DNA of 64,000 bases from Kofleriaceae bacterium (GTDB lineage Bacteria > Myxococcota_A > Polyangia > Haliangiales > Haliangiaceae): NCBI GenBank assembly GCA_965215005.1, contig CBDCCZ010000060.1, forward strand, positions 32,001-96,000, written 5' to 3'. The notes beneath the pieces are model-generated. The model was not told where the DNA came from. It worked only from the letters and a program-made list of their open reading frames with translations, and did not search any database. Below are positions 54,901 to 64,000 of the stretch, in pieces. Position numbers and translations under genes: made by a program. Every line of letters begins with the position of its first letter. Position 1 is the first letter of the stretch.

Positions 54901-55213
54901 CTCGCTGGTTCCTGAGGAAGATCGCAAGATGCGTGTCAATCTCTTCGCCGCGCCGCGGGTCGAGGAGCTAGAGCGGCTGCCTGACGATATTGCGTTTGCT
55001 CTCCAGGCAGTGGTCGAGCATGAGAACATCAACGCTGCCGAGCTCGCTCAGAGCTTGAGCCTCGGCATCGACTTCTGCAGGTTTGCGCTTCGCTTTGGGC
55101 GCGAGCGCGGGTATCTGTGGCGCAATCCAGTTACGGGTCGCACGCATGTCAGTATCCACTGGCAGGGTTCTATACAGCGGTATCTGAAGCGGAAAGGCCT
55201 CCTCTACTCGTGA
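51911..55213 (+). CDS. Large membrane protein: signal peptide, coiled coil, multiple TMs, C-terminal P-loop ATPase and wHTH-like end
   Basis: Walker A GASGMGKT, Walker B-like VIIVDN, GNPR motif, about 7 hydrophobic segments in the middle. Confidence 0.8.
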   Translation: MRWGLATMVLVLAAPVHAEDAGADGGGLASGGLDAGVAVIEGNGDGPEEDGEAAGAELTPLAWREARSKTLADEVQELVRATEALVALGDANPVLPEALATRAGSDAATPADAATLELRLEKTRQVLENQLRDEEALAELAALRWGDSKRPIERARAAAARLTAERTAAELNWQLALARWLEATALAREAAAVDPLQRQIDSERAAAAAAEREAERAAAAAAAERRDARSEIEQLLASERAALQKVDSAQARYRALLVEEKAKLARITADIGALDDALAELEPVDGYERLIARLERRRVAALEDNLTLLTGVQPPARPPEQLGAEVRGLPKAYAEVVAELESLRARLAKTGQILTYETRSVINERADVLYRRMLDLNDRRIELFPRLPERFQERVFGISKEGGEALRGEAVQLAGEATYWLHTRADQVTGRRLEWRSVIDLIWWLLETLILLALLRFAMRHWDEWMSAGVVAIGRYMPLGDWSLFWARFVDSAKSFGPPLLVALAAIGVRALMGGVEAPVELQITYRIVFWLAIMRFQLRVILRLAHYAQLRARERQRERQDQVEAEDAAETHTTLPATAAVIAPAPLGDAPPGAMVAKSAATLFAYTWRVLTLYVSIIVIVLALTRYGIGRGVIYYWLTVLAWWGALPLSVHLLRLWRPRIVQEYVRWSPNAGRLTIWAKRHSDHFYGVFILAAVFLVVLARKFARFGRNNLSNLDATKRLLAFLFRRRVEKHAQEHGRVLEKPHELPPELTAAFPTGALQPIDRPVRPGFLDELAAALRAWTEDQADGSVAVVGASGMGKTTALTLFAREIETPVVYGKLRNKLTEPSAMVAQIAALIGFEETPSSEEQLVSLLRVGDRRVIIVDNCHNLFLRQVGGFDAWEAFTRVVNETCDHVFWVLSFNATAWRYLNNMSGRVSYFRRVIEMPPWTDDALRRLILGRMRRAGFKPNFTDLLVTRLEGVKTSTQIIRTSQGYFRLLWDFTNGNPRLATHFWLRSLVPEEDRKMRVNLFAAPRVEELERLPDDIAFALQAVVEHENINAAELAQSLSLGIDFCRFALRFGRERGYLWRNPVTGRTHVSIHWQGSIQRYLKRKGLLYS

Positions 55214-56106
55214 GACGAATTGCGACCGCGCTAGTCGGATTCCTCGCCCTCTGCAGTCCTGCTGTCGCGGCGGCGCAGGACATGACAGAAGCCGCCAAGA
55301 TCGTCGATTTCGTCAACGCTGGAGGTCTTCTTCTCGGCGTGATCGCTATCGTCGTGGCGGTCTTTGCGCTCCGGGGCATCAACGGCCTCACCTCGCGATT
55401 TTCTATTCGCTTCTCCGAGCGACGGCTGCTCGCCCAGCAGGCAAACACCATCCTGCGGTTCATGATTTACATCGGCACTCTGCTGGTGGTCGTGAGCTCG
55501 GTGTTCAGTCTCGAGCGGGAGGCGATCTTGGCCCTTGGCGGAGTTATCGCGGTAACCGTCGGGTTCGCGCTGAAGGACCTTGCGTCGTCGGTGCTTGCCG
55601 GCATCACCATTCTGTTCGACCGGCCGTTTCAGGTCGGCGATCGAGTGACCGTTGCCGACGTGTATGGAGAGATTACGACCATCGGCCTGCGTAGCGTGCG
55701 TCTGGTGACCTTAGACGATTCGCTCGTAACCATCCCGAATAATCGATTCCTTACAGAAGTCGTAACCTCGGGGAATGCCGGCGCGCTCGACATGCAGATC
55801 GTGATCGATTTCTTTATTGCCCAGGACAGCGACTTCATTCTCGCGAAGCGTTTGGTGATGGAGGCTGTCCGCACGAGCAGATTCGTTTACCTGCAAAAGC
55901 CGGTGGTGATATTAACTACCGATCGATTCGAAGCCAACTATCTGGTGACTCGCCTGCGCGCCAAAGCGTACGTTCTAGACGTGCGTTACGAGAAAGTATT
56001 CGAGAGCGACGTAACCGAGCGCGTAAAGCTGGCGTTTCGGGAACATGATGTCCGCCCCCCAGTATTGCTCACGCGCGGTCCCGGGGAGCCAGCTGCAGGC
56101 ATGTGA
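55210..56106 (+). CDS. MscS-family mechanosensitive channel
   Basis: VGFALKD...LAG..ILFDRPFQVGDRV, G....IGLRS, VTIPNN; GTGA overlap with the upstream stop. Confidence 0.92.
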   Translation: MRRIATALVGFLALCSPAVAAAQDMTEAAKIVDFVNAGGLLLGVIAIVVAVFALRGINGLTSRFSIRFSERRLLAQQANTILRFMIYIGTLLVVVSSVFSLEREAILALGGVIAVTVGFALKDLASSVLAGITILFDRPFQVGDRVTVADVYGEITTIGLRSVRLVTLDDSLVTIPNNRFLTEVVTSGNAGALDMQIVIDFFIAQDSDFILAKRLVMEAVRTSRFVYLQKPVVILTTDRFEANYLVTRLRAKAYVLDVRYEKVFESDVTERVKLAFREHDVRPPVLLTRGPGEPAAGM

Positions 56107-56230
56107 GAGTCACCGATCGAGCGAGCACCACGGGTGCAGGCGATTGTTTGCTTGGCCGGTGACTCTTCGCACACGCGTCGTTCGTGGCGTTAATGTTGTG
56201 GCGGCGCGTGGCTTGATGCGCTCTATGCAG

Positions 56231-56737
56231 TCAGGACTGCAGTTGCGTGAGCTCGACAACGCCGTGGAGGTCGCGGTCGTCGGCATTGGCCGTATCGTCA
56301 CTGAAGGCAGCCTTGGCGGCTTCGTAGAGGAAGCGGAGGCCTTTGGTGCCGGTTTGGTCCCAGTATTCGGCTCGCACAGGACGTACATGTACTAGCGTTA
56401 CTTGCGGGTCGTCTTTGCCTTGTTCAAACCACGGGTCAAAGGCTTTCGACCACAGTTGTTCTACGCGTTGCTGGTCGCGAAGAACTTCGGCCCGACCGGT
56501 TATGGACAAGTAGCGGCGGCTGCCCTGAAAGGAAACAGCGACGTTCGGGTGGGCGCGCATCTCGTCGATCTTCTGAGTGTCGGCGGAGGTAATGAACCAA
56601 ATGCCGCCATTGGCATCACGGTCGGCGATGGCCATCGGCCGCGCCTGAATTTGATCGCGTTGGTCGCGCGTGGTGAGCATGCCGGTATCGAAGTGTTCGA
56701 GGATATCCTGCATCTTATGTTTCTGATTTGTTGTCAC
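56231..56737 (-). CDS. Pyridoxamine 5'-phosphate oxidase-like general stress protein (GSP26 type)
   Basis: GMLTT...ARPM, IWFIT, K..E...PNV, YLSITG, WF..GKDDP, AEYWD; AAGGAAG RBS before GTG 56737. Confidence 0.88.
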   Translation of the reverse strand: MTTNQKHKMQDILEHFDTGMLTTRDQRDQIQARPMAIADRDANGGIWFITSADTQKIDEMRAHPNVAVSFQGSRRYLSITGRAEVLRDQQRVEQLWSKAFDPWFEQGKDDPQVTLVHVRPVRAEYWDQTGTKGLRFLYEAAKAAFSDDTANADDRDLHGVVELTQLQS

Positions 56738-56794
56738 GAGATCTTCCTTGCGAATGAGGTGGACCGCAGGGGGCGGTCTCGACGCTCGCGCAAC

Positions 56795-56810
56795 TGCAAG
56801 TTGCGCGCCC
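56795..56810 (-). promoter_or_regulatory. sigma54 promoter of the GSP26-like gene
   Basis: GGGCGCGCAACTTGCA, GG-N10-GC with TTGCA. Confidence 0.6.
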
Positions 56811-57087
56811 GCTAAGGCATCATCACTCTTGAACTGGGCGGCCGAATCGGTCGCTTCGACAGAGTTGCCGTGTGGTGGGGTGACACAGGGTGTCGCGGCA
56901 GCGCGGGAGCGACTGGCGCATTGCGTAGTCTGCAACAGAGCGCTGGCCCACATCGAACGACCAACGCTTGCCTTCATTGTCGCAGCGACGCGCCCCGTTG
57001 GGCTCCCGCCGCGGCAGAGCCGCCGTTGTCGCTGTGGAAGCGTTCTGGCCGGCCGCGCCAAAGCGGCGCGGCCGCTGCAACCGGCAC

Positions 57088-57103
57088 CGGCACGGCGGCT
57101 GCA
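57088..57103 (+). promoter_or_regulatory. sigma54 promoter
   Basis: CGGCACGGCGGCTGCA, 13 nt before ATG 57116. Confidence 0.65.
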
Positions 57104-57115
57104 AATGTATTTTCT

Positions 57116-57421
57116 ATGTCGAGAGATCATATTCGGAGCGCGCTGGTAGCTTGTGCGTTGGTCGTCAGCTCGATGGGATGCGGTGAAGATCGCTCCATCA
57201 AGCCGGACGAAGATCCAGTCCCTGACGTTACTCAGCCGTGGCCTCGCACCATGGATCGCGTCGAAGCGCTGCCGGTCAAGGAAGGCCCACCTGATCCCGC
57301 CGCTGCTGTCGCAGTACCCGAGGTGGTCATAGGCGAGGAAGCGCAGACTGCCGAGGAAGCTCGGCGGAATGACGATGAAGCGCCACGGGTGGCTGCCCCG
57401 GAGCCGGAGGGTGATGAGTAG
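57116..57421 (+). CDS. Small acidic lipoprotein
   Basis: MSRDHIRSALVACALVVSSMG-C lipobox; Pro/Glu-rich body. Confidence 0.65.
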   Translation: MSRDHIRSALVACALVVSSMGCGEDRSIKPDEDPVPDVTQPWPRTMDRVEALPVKEGPPDPAAAVAVPEVVIGEEAQTAEEARRNDDEAPRVAAPEPEGDE

Positions 57422-57731
57422 AGGCAAACGCCCGCACGAATGGCGTTGAGGAGGGGCGTCCGCGGCGATTCTCGCTTTGGCTTGCGTGCTCGGCGGCTGT
57501 GACGGCTGCATCGGCGCTCTGGCGGCCCCGAGCCGCTCCGCGTGAGGTGGCTACCGGCCGGGGCAAGGCAGCCTAGACCGCCTCGAGCAGCGACCGCCGT
57601 GTCCCGCGGTTGCGAGTGGGTGCTCGCCCGCGAGCGCGACGAGCGCGAGAGGAAGACGCGACATTCCGCGGGATTGCGTGCGCCCTTCGGGCCGTGCAAC
57701 ACTGCCGGCCTTTCAGCGGAGGACAGCCTGC

Positions 57732-58358
57732 ATGCGCATGATTCTGGTCGGCCCGCCGGGGGCGGGAAAGGGAACTCAGGCGTCTCGATTGGTTCATACC
57801 TTCGAGATTCCCCACATCTCCACGGGCGAGATGTTGCGTGCGGCGGTGGCAGACGGCAGCGAGCTCGGTCGCCAGGCCGATGGGTACATGAAACGCGGCG
57901 CGCTCGTGCCGGATGAGCTGGTGATCGCGATGGTCATCGAGCGGCTGCAGAAGCCAGATTGCGCGAAGGGTTTCATGTTAGATGGCTTTCCTCGCACTCG
58001 TCCGCAAGCGGAAGCGCTCGATAAGGCGTTGTCGGATGCAGGTGTCGAGCTCGATGCGGTGGTGCTGCTGGAAGTGCCTGATAGGCTCATCACGGAGCGC
58101 ATCACCGGCCGCCGTCACGATCCGGTCACCGGCAACATCTATCATCTAGCATTTGCGCCGCCGCCGGCCGACGTCGCGGCGCGCGTGGTGCAGCGCAAGG
58201 ACGACACGCTGGAGGCTGTAGCCGCGCGGCTCAGCAAGTACCACTCTGAGACCGCTCCGATTGTGCCGTTCTACGCGCAAGCCGGCCTTCTCACCAGGAT
58301 TGACGGAGTGGGATCGCCAGACGAAGTTACCGAACGCCTGCAGCGCGCGCTGGCGTGA
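57732..58358 (+). CDS. adk: Adenylate kinase
   Basis: GPPGAGKGTQ, HISTGEMLR, LDGFPRT, QRKDD. Confidence 0.96.
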   Translation: MRMILVGPPGAGKGTQASRLVHTFEIPHISTGEMLRAAVADGSELGRQADGYMKRGALVPDELVIAMVIERLQKPDCAKGFMLDGFPRTRPQAEALDKALSDAGVELDAVVLLEVPDRLITERITGRRHDPVTGNIYHLAFAPPPADVAARVVQRKDDTLEAVAARLSKYHSETAPIVPFYAQAGLLTRIDGVGSPDEVTERLQRALA

Positions 58359-58385
58359 CAGTCGGGAAGACTCGGGCTCAGCAAC

Positions 58386-60917
58386 ATGGCCGGATACAAC
58401 CACCACGAGATCGACGCCAAGTGGCAAGAACACTGGCGAACGCACGACTCATTTCGCACCCTGAGCGGCCACGACCGGCCCAAGTACTACGTGCTCGACA
58501 TGTTCCCGTATCCGAGCGGCGCGGGTCTGCACGTGGGGCACCCGAAGGGTTACGTCGGAACCGACGTGGTCGCCCGGGCCAAACGGATGATGGGCCACAA
58601 TGTGCTGCGGGTGATGGGCTGGGACTCGTTTGGGTTGCCCAGCGAACGCCAAGCCGTGCGCGAAGGAACTCATCCGCGCCAGGTCACCGAGCGCAATATC
58701 GCAACGTTCAAGTCGCAGCTGAGTCGGCTGGGATTGTCGTATGACTGGTCGCGTGAGCTAGCCACGTCTGACGTTTCTTACTATCGCTGGACGCAGTGGA
58801 TCTTTTTGCAGCTCTACAAACAGGGGCTGGCTTATCAAGCGGAGGTTCCTGTTAACTGGTGTCCTGCGCTTGGAACCGTCTTGGCCAATGAAGAGGTGCA
58901 AGACGGCAAATACGTCGAGACCGGCGATCCGGTCGAGCGGCGCATGATGAAGCAGTGGATGCTGCGCATCACGCAGTACGCGGATCGACTGATCGATGGT
59001 CTTGAAGGTCTGGATTGGCCCGAAGGCATCAAAGAGATGCAGCGGCACTGGATCGGCCGCTCAATCGGCGCCGAGATTCTCTTTGGCGTCGACGGCTACC
59101 AGGCTAACGTCACCGTCTTTACCACTCGCCCCGACACGATCTTTGGCTGCACCTATTTAGTCCTTGCTCCCGAGCACGAGCTCGTTGCGCAAATCACGAC
59201 GGGTCGCCAAAAAGCGGCGGTAGATGCGTATATCGCCGAGGTCGGCAAGCGCTCGGAACGCGATCGGGTGACGGAGGCGGCCGAGGCGGAAAAGACTGGC
59301 GTCTTCACGGGTGCCTGCGCCATCAATCCAGCGAATGGCGCCAAAGTGCCGATCTGGATCGCCGACTATGTGCTTGCCAGCTACGGAACCGGTGCGGTGT
59401 TCGCGTGTCCTGCTCATGATGAGCGCGACCACGCGTTCGCGAAGAAGTACGAGCTTCCCATCGTGGAGGTTGTTTCTGGAGGCAACGTCGAGGGCGCAGC
59501 GTACACCGGCGACGGTCGGCATCTGAATTCCGAGTTTCTCGACGGCATGCTGGTGGCCGAGGCCAAAGAGGCAATTACCGCTTGGCTCGAGGAGCACGGC
59601 GTCGGCCAGCGCTCTGTCAACTATCGCTTGCGCGACTGGCTGTTTTCGCGGCAGCGATATTGGGGGGAGCCTTTCCCGGTCATCGAGCTCGAGGACGGGA
59701 CGGTAAAGCCGCTCTCGGAGAGCCAACTGCCGGTTGAGCTGCCGGAGCTCGATGATTTTCGTCCAACGGATGATGGCAGGCCGCCGCTAGCGCGCGCCGA
59801 AGCTTGGGTGGAGACGACCGATCCGGATACCGGCAAGCCGGCGCGTCGCGAGACCAACACGATGCCGCAGTGGGCCGGTTCGTGCTGGTACTACCTTCGC
59901 TTCATATCGCCTAATAATGAAGAAGCTCCCTGGGATCCCGCCGAAGAGCGCTATTGGATGCCCGTAGACTTGTATGTCGGCGGAGCCGAGCATGCCACGC
60001 TGCACTTGCTGTACTCGCGCTTTTGGCATCATGTTCTATACGACCTAGAGCTGGTATCGACGCCCGAGCCTTTCCAGCGGCTCTTCAATCAGGGCATGGT
60101 TCACGCCTACTCCTATAAGGACGCTGCTGGCAAGTATTACTATCCGGAGCAAGTGGAGAAGCGCGGCGACGCGTGGTTCGCGAAGGACAACGACATTCCT
60201 GTCGAAACCCGACTGGAGAAGATGTCCAAGTCCCGCTACAACGTCACCAATCCCGACCGAATGTGCGATGAGTATGGCGCGGACGCGTTGCGGCTCTACG
60301 AGCTGTTCATGGGGCCGCTCGAGGATGGTGTGGAGTGGGAAACATCTGGAGTTGCGGGCACCCGTCGATTTCTCGACCGCGCTTGGCGACTACTGGTAAG
60401 CGACCAAACCGGTGAATCTTCTGAGAAGGTGACGCACGATCCCGTTGCTGATCCGGCGCTCGAGCGCGTGCTTCACCTCGCTATCAAGCGGGTGACTCTG
60501 TCGATCGAAGAGCTGCGGTTCAACACGGCGATCGCCGAGATGATGGTGTTCGTCAACGAGGCGACCAAGGCGCGACAGCTCGCCCACGATTGGATGGAGG
60601 CGTTCGTTCGCATCCTGGCGCCGTTCGCTCCGCACTTGGCAGAAGAGATGTGGCAGCGGCTCGGGCACGCTGAGAGTCTTACGTATGCTCCTTGGCCGAG
60701 CTTCGATGAGTCGAAGCTCGCGGTCTCGAAAGTCACGTTGGCGGTGCAGGTGATGGGAAAGCTGCGCGGTACCGTCGAAGTGGCTGCGGAAGTGTCCAAA
60801 GAAGAGGCGATTGCCGCCGCGAAAGCTGACGAGAAGATCGCCAAGTTCCTCGCAGGCAAGACGATACGCAAAGAGATCTACGTTCCTGGTAGGCTCGTAA
60901 ACTTCGTCGCAAACTGA
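58386..60917 (+). CDS. leuS: Leucine--tRNA ligase
   Basis: [33 protein letters not shown]. Confidence 0.97.
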   Translation: MAGYNHHEIDAKWQEHWRTHDSFRTLSGHDRPKYYVLDMFPYPSGAGLHVGHPKGYVGTDVVARAKRMMGHNVLRVMGWDSFGLPSERQAVREGTHPRQVTERNIATFKSQLSRLGLSYDWSRELATSDVSYYRWTQWIFLQLYKQGLAYQAEVPVNWCPALGTVLANEEVQDGKYVETGDPVERRMMKQWMLRITQYADRLIDGLEGLDWPEGIKEMQRHWIGRSIGAEILFGVDGYQANVTVFTTRPDTIFGCTYLVLAPEHELVAQITTGRQKAAVDAYIAEVGKRSERDRVTEAAEAEKTGVFTGACAINPANGAKVPIWIADYVLASYGTGAVFACPAHDERDHAFAKKYELPIVEVVSGGNVEGAAYTGDGRHLNSEFLDGMLVAEAKEAITAWLEEHGVGQRSVNYRLRDWLFSRQRYWGEPFPVIELEDGTVKPLSESQLPVELPELDDFRPTDDGRPPLARAEAWVETTDPDTGKPARRETNTMPQWAGSCWYYLRFISPNNEEAPWDPAEERYWMPVDLYVGGAEHATLHLLYSRFWHHVLYDLELVSTPEPFQRLFNQGMVHAYSYKDAAGKYYYPEQVEKRGDAWFAKDNDIPVETRLEKMSKSRYNVTNPDRMCDEYGADALRLYELFMGPLEDGVEWETSGVAGTRRFLDRAWRLLVSDQTGESSEKVTHDPVADPALERVLHLAIKRVTLSIEELRFNTAIAEMMVFVNEATKARQLAHDWMEAFVRILAPFAPHLAEEMWQRLGHAESLTYAPWPSFDESKLAVSKVTLAVQVMGKLRGTVEVAAEVSKEEAIAAAKADEKIAKFLAGKTIRKEIYVPGRLVNFVAN

Positions 60918-60924
60918 TAGTCAA

Positions 60925-61452
60925 ATGCAAGAATCGCAGCTCATCCCGGTCAGCGTTGCCGTCCTCACGATTAGCGATACCCGCACTCTCGAGACCGATA
61001 CGTCCGGCGCTGCGGCGGTTGCGCTCCTGGAAGAGGCGGGGCATCGCGTCGCAGCTCGTGCGATCATCACCGATGACCGTGCGGCAATCGAGCAGGCGCT
61101 GCGAACATGGATTGCCGATGAGTCGATCGATGTCGTCATTACCACCGGCGGCACCGGCATCACGTCGCGAGATGTCACCCCTGAAGCCTTGGCACCCATG
61201 ATAACCAAACCGATTCCCGGCTTTGGCGAGCTGTTTCGCTGGTTGTCATATGATGAGATCGGTACGTCTACGATACAAAGCCGCGCCGAGGCCGCTCTGT
61301 GTGACGAGACGCTGGTCTTTCTGTTGCCGGGCTCGACCGGAGCGGTGCGCACGGCTCTCACCAAGATTGTGCTTTCGCAGCTCGATAGTCGTCATAAGCC
61401 GTGCAACTTCGTGGAGCTGCTGCCGCGCATTCGCCGCACCCGAGGCGGCTGA
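60925..61452 (+). CDS. moaB: Molybdenum cofactor biosynthesis protein B
   Basis: LTISDTR, D.SG, TTGGTG..RDVTPEA, GFGELFR, LPGS, KPCNF. Confidence 0.94.
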   Translation: MQESQLIPVSVAVLTISDTRTLETDTSGAAAVALLEEAGHRVAARAIITDDRAAIEQALRTWIADESIDVVITTGGTGITSRDVTPEALAPMITKPIPGFGELFRWLSYDEIGTSTIQSRAEAALCDETLVFLLPGSTGAVRTALTKIVLSQLDSRHKPCNFVELLPRIRRTRGG

Positions 61453-61517
61453 CTCGCCACATTCTGCCACGTCGGGGTGCCGCGTTTCCTGCTAGGTTAG
61501 AGACGCAAGGGGAAGCC

Positions 61518-62447
61518 ATGAGCACCAGCGCCCAGAGCACCGCCCTCGAACGGGCGTTGACCATTCGACTCAACTTACAAATTTCCATCTCGTCGCTACC
61601 ACTGGTGGCCGAGTGGATGGACTTGCCGCTCACGCGATGGCTCGAGTCGGTGCCGCTGCCGCCGGAGATGCCTGCCGGACATCTGGCCAGCTTTGGGGTG
61701 ACGATCGGTTCCGACTTGCAGCGGCTCACGTGGGGTGCCTATGGCGACCCGGCTGGGTTCATTCCCAAGATGTCGAGCTACTTTCAAGCAGTAGGGATGA
61801 GCGATACCGACACGGCGCTCATCGACCTTCTCGGCAATCAGCTCGAGCCACGGTTGGTCGGCTCGTGGATCCACGTCGAGGGCGGCGCCGTCACCAGCGG
61901 CTGGCACTTCCACGACGAGCACGATTGGTCCGCGCTATATAGTGCCTTTGGTGAGCACGAAGCGCGCCGCTCATTGCAGGAATGGCTGCAACAGGCCGGC
62001 ATCACGCGGTTTCGTCGCTTCACTCAGGGGGTGCAGGAGCAGCCGTTTAGTGAGGTGGAGTTTGCGGTTCCGGGCGTGGCGATCGATGATCGCATCGAGG
62101 CAATTGCTGCAGCATTTTCGACATTGGCCAATGCATCCTTGCCCGACCACGTGGCACGGGCGTTTGCCGCCGCCACAGACACCGACTTTGCCATTGCCGC
62201 TCGTGTCGAGCAGGGGCGCATCAGTCGCGTGTCTGCCATTGTGCCTTCGCTTGCTAGCGACACCGCGTCTAAGCTGTGCAAAGAGGCAGGTGTGCCGTTC
62301 GAAGAGAGAGTTCACCGGGTCGAGCGAGCGCTGGGCTCAGACGGCATCGATCATCTCGAATACGTCGTCTGCGACGGCCAAGCCGCGGTCGATTTGCATA
62401 TCGTTCCCTCTGAGGCCAATCCGGCGGCAGTTGGCTCGGTCAACTAG
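61518..62447 (+). CDS. Hypothetical protein
   Basis: Long ORF with GGGGA RBS before ATG 61518; no motif recognised. Confidence 0.7.
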   Translation: MSTSAQSTALERALTIRLNLQISISSLPLVAEWMDLPLTRWLESVPLPPEMPAGHLASFGVTIGSDLQRLTWGAYGDPAGFIPKMSSYFQAVGMSDTDTALIDLLGNQLEPRLVGSWIHVEGGAVTSGWHFHDEHDWSALYSAFGEHEARRSLQEWLQQAGITRFRRFTQGVQEQPFSEVEFAVPGVAIDDRIEAIAAAFSTLANASLPDHVARAFAAATDTDFAIAARVEQGRISRVSAIVPSLASDTASKLCKEAGVPFEERVHRVERALGSDGIDHLEYVVCDGQAAVDLHIVPSEANPAAVGSVN

Positions 62448-62452
62448 CCGCG

Positions 62453-63001
62453 ATGCCCTCCGTCTATCATCGCTCTCGCGGGATCGAGCAGGACGATGCG
62501 TCGCTGTTGGCGGAGTGCGAGGTCGATGTGTATCGAGCCTCTGGTCCGGGAGGTCAAAAACGCAATAAGACCAGCAGCGCCGTACGTCTGCGCCATCTTC
62601 CAACTGGCTTGGCGGCGCAGGCTACGGAGAGTCGGTCGCAGCATGAGAACCGAGCCCGTGCGATTCGCCGATTGCGCGCGGAGCTCGCTTTGGAGTTGCG
62701 CAGCGAGCCTTCGCTGGGGCCAGAACCCGTGCCGCTCGTGTTGAGTGCATGTTTGCTCGAGCTCGTGCGCAGCTCGCCGCGCCGCGGTCGCCGAGCACAG
62801 GACGAGCCGCGTTACCTCGTGGGCATAGCGGAGGTTCTCGATATCTTTTGTGCGCTGGAGTTGTCGGTTGCAGACACCGCTGCCGCATTGCAGATGACGA
62901 CGGGTGCGTTGTCGCGCATCCTCACTGGAGATGACCGCGTGCTGCAGAAGGTCAACGAGCTGCGCAGTGCCCGCAGCTTACGTCCACTGCGGCCGCGGTG
63001 A
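62453..63001 (+). CDS. Peptide chain release factor-like protein (GGQ domain)
   Basis: RASGPGGQKRNKTSSAVRL.H.PTG...SRSQ..NR; no codon-recognition domain. Confidence 0.88.
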   Translation: MPSVYHRSRGIEQDDASLLAECEVDVYRASGPGGQKRNKTSSAVRLRHLPTGLAAQATESRSQHENRARAIRRLRAELALELRSEPSLGPEPVPLVLSACLLELVRSSPRRGRRAQDEPRYLVGIAEVLDIFCALELSVADTAAALQMTTGALSRILTGDDRVLQKVNELRSARSLRPLRPR

Positions 63002-63020
63002 CGCGCTTTGTTCAGCTCGC

Positions 63021-63521
63021 TCAGCGATCAGAGGCCGCGCCGAGGCGACGCAGCACGCGGGGCGCATAAAACCCGCGCAGAACCAAGTGCTTTTCACGCG
63101 GGTTTCCGTGCAGCCAGGCGACGCCGCCTTTTTTCAGCGCTAGCCGCTCGCCGTGCGCGGTACCGCCGGTGAGCAGTAGCGACAAGAGCTCGCTGAGCCA
63201 AGGCTCGTGCCCGACGAGCCCTATGGAGGCGTCGGCAGGATGCTCGGCAATGAGTGCCAATAGCGCAGTCGTCGGGGCGGCGGCCAATAGCGCCGTCTCT
63301 TCGAAGCTCTCCGGACACACGGGGCGCATCAGCTCCGCGGTTTGCACCGCACGCAGCCACGGACTGTGCAGAACCTTATCGAAGGTGAGCGCGAGATGCG
63401 CCATACCCCGCACACCGAGCCGAAACCGATTGACGCCTTTGCCCGTGAGCGGTCGCTCCGCATCGTCGAGCTCCTGGGTTCGGGCAGCGGCGATGGCATG
63501 ACGGATGAGCACGACCTCCAT
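63021..63521 (-). CDS. sixA: Phosphohistidine phosphatase SixA-like
   Basis: IRHA, RPLT..G, SPWLRAVQTA, VGHEP, LKKGG. Confidence 0.88.
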   Translation of the reverse strand: MEVVLIRHAIAAARTQELDDAERPLTGKGVNRFRLGVRGMAHLALTFDKVLHSPWLRAVQTAELMRPVCPESFEETALLAAAPTTALLALIAEHPADASIGLVGHEPWLSELLSLLLTGGTAHGERLALKKGGVAWLHGNPREKHLVLRGFYAPRVLRRLGAASDR

Positions 63522-63607
63522 GGCAGCGAGCAGACCAGACACGCGCCCTGGGCGCAATGGTGCCGCGCATTGACATCGCACAGACGTCGTGCGTTGATGC
63601 TCGGCAA

Positions 63608-64000
63608 ATGCGCGTCTGCACTGCATTGCTATTAGCGTCCATTGTGGTTGGTTGCGGCGGCGCCGACGCCACAGAGACGGCCGCGCCTGCGCAGCCTGCG
63701 CCGGCGGAAGCTGTCGCGCCTGCCGAGGCTTCCGCAGCGGCGGAGGAGGGCGAGCAGCATCACGCCTTCACCGGGGCGGTCGACGAATTCCACGAGGTAT
63801 TGGCGCCGCTGTGGCATGCGGAAGCAGGTCCGGGACGAGTCGATGCGACCTGCGCGAACACCAATGAGTTGTCGCGCCGTGCCGATGCGATTTCAGATGC
63901 CGATGCACCTGCGGGCGCGCGCGATCCCATCGCGTTCAAGAGCCGCGCCGCGACATTGGTGGCGGCCGTGAGCGCGCTGCAAGTCGTCTGCGATGGTGAT
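63608..64000 (+). CDS. Hypothetical lipoprotein, truncated by window end
   Basis: Manual translation: MRVCTALLLASIVVG-CGG...HHAF...DEFHEVLAPLWHAE; frame open to 64000. Confidence 0.75.
   Translation, partial: MRVCTALLLASIVVGCGGADATETAAPAQPAPAEAVAPAEASAAAEEGEQHHAFTGAVDEFHEVLAPLWHAEAGPGRVDATCANTNELSRRADAISDADAPAGARDPIAFKSRAATLVAAVSALQVVCDGD

Noticed and set aside
56738..57511. N-terminal ~258 aa of the 426-aa ORF 56231..57511
   Set aside because: Overlaps the plus-strand lipoprotein and two promoters; homology and the RBS begin at GTG 56737.
63552..63566. Additional RegA-like box between sixA and the lipoprotein gene
   Set aside because: Only one half-site matches (GCGGC-N5-TGCGC), which is expected by chance at this GC content.

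Overview
High-GC bacterial chromosomal segment; the gene content points to Myxococcota (inference from the TPR Ser/Thr kinase, many lipoproteins and the ACIII-caa3 operon). Housekeeping and respiratory genes include grpE, Fe-sodB, manA, a GldA/F/G-like ABC + DUF4340 operon, prs-nadE, a FadL-type porin, a complete alternative complex III + SCO + A2-type caa3 oxidase operon, adk, leuS, moaB and sixA. There is one full-length IS66 element with TIRs and a 9-bp target duplication, inserted in a REP-like hairpin. Most notable: (1) a gene whose product has an Flp-pilin-like N-terminus, a Gly-zipper hairpin and a C-terminal NCAE...PACPQC deaminase-type toxin domain, a candidate pilus-linked polymorphic toxin; (2) four sigma54 -24/-12 motifs each exactly 13 nt before a start codon, suggesting a leaderless sigma54 regulon that includes the toxin and stress genes; (3) many TANNNT -10 boxes 5-9 nt before start codons; (4) three RegA/RegR-type GCGGC-N5-GTCGC boxes upstream of the ACIII operon; (5) a translationally coupled periplasmic-coiled-coil/TM/P-loop ATPase + MscS pair. 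No rRNA, tRNA or CRISPR array was seen. All family calls come from motif recognition by eye, not from database searches.
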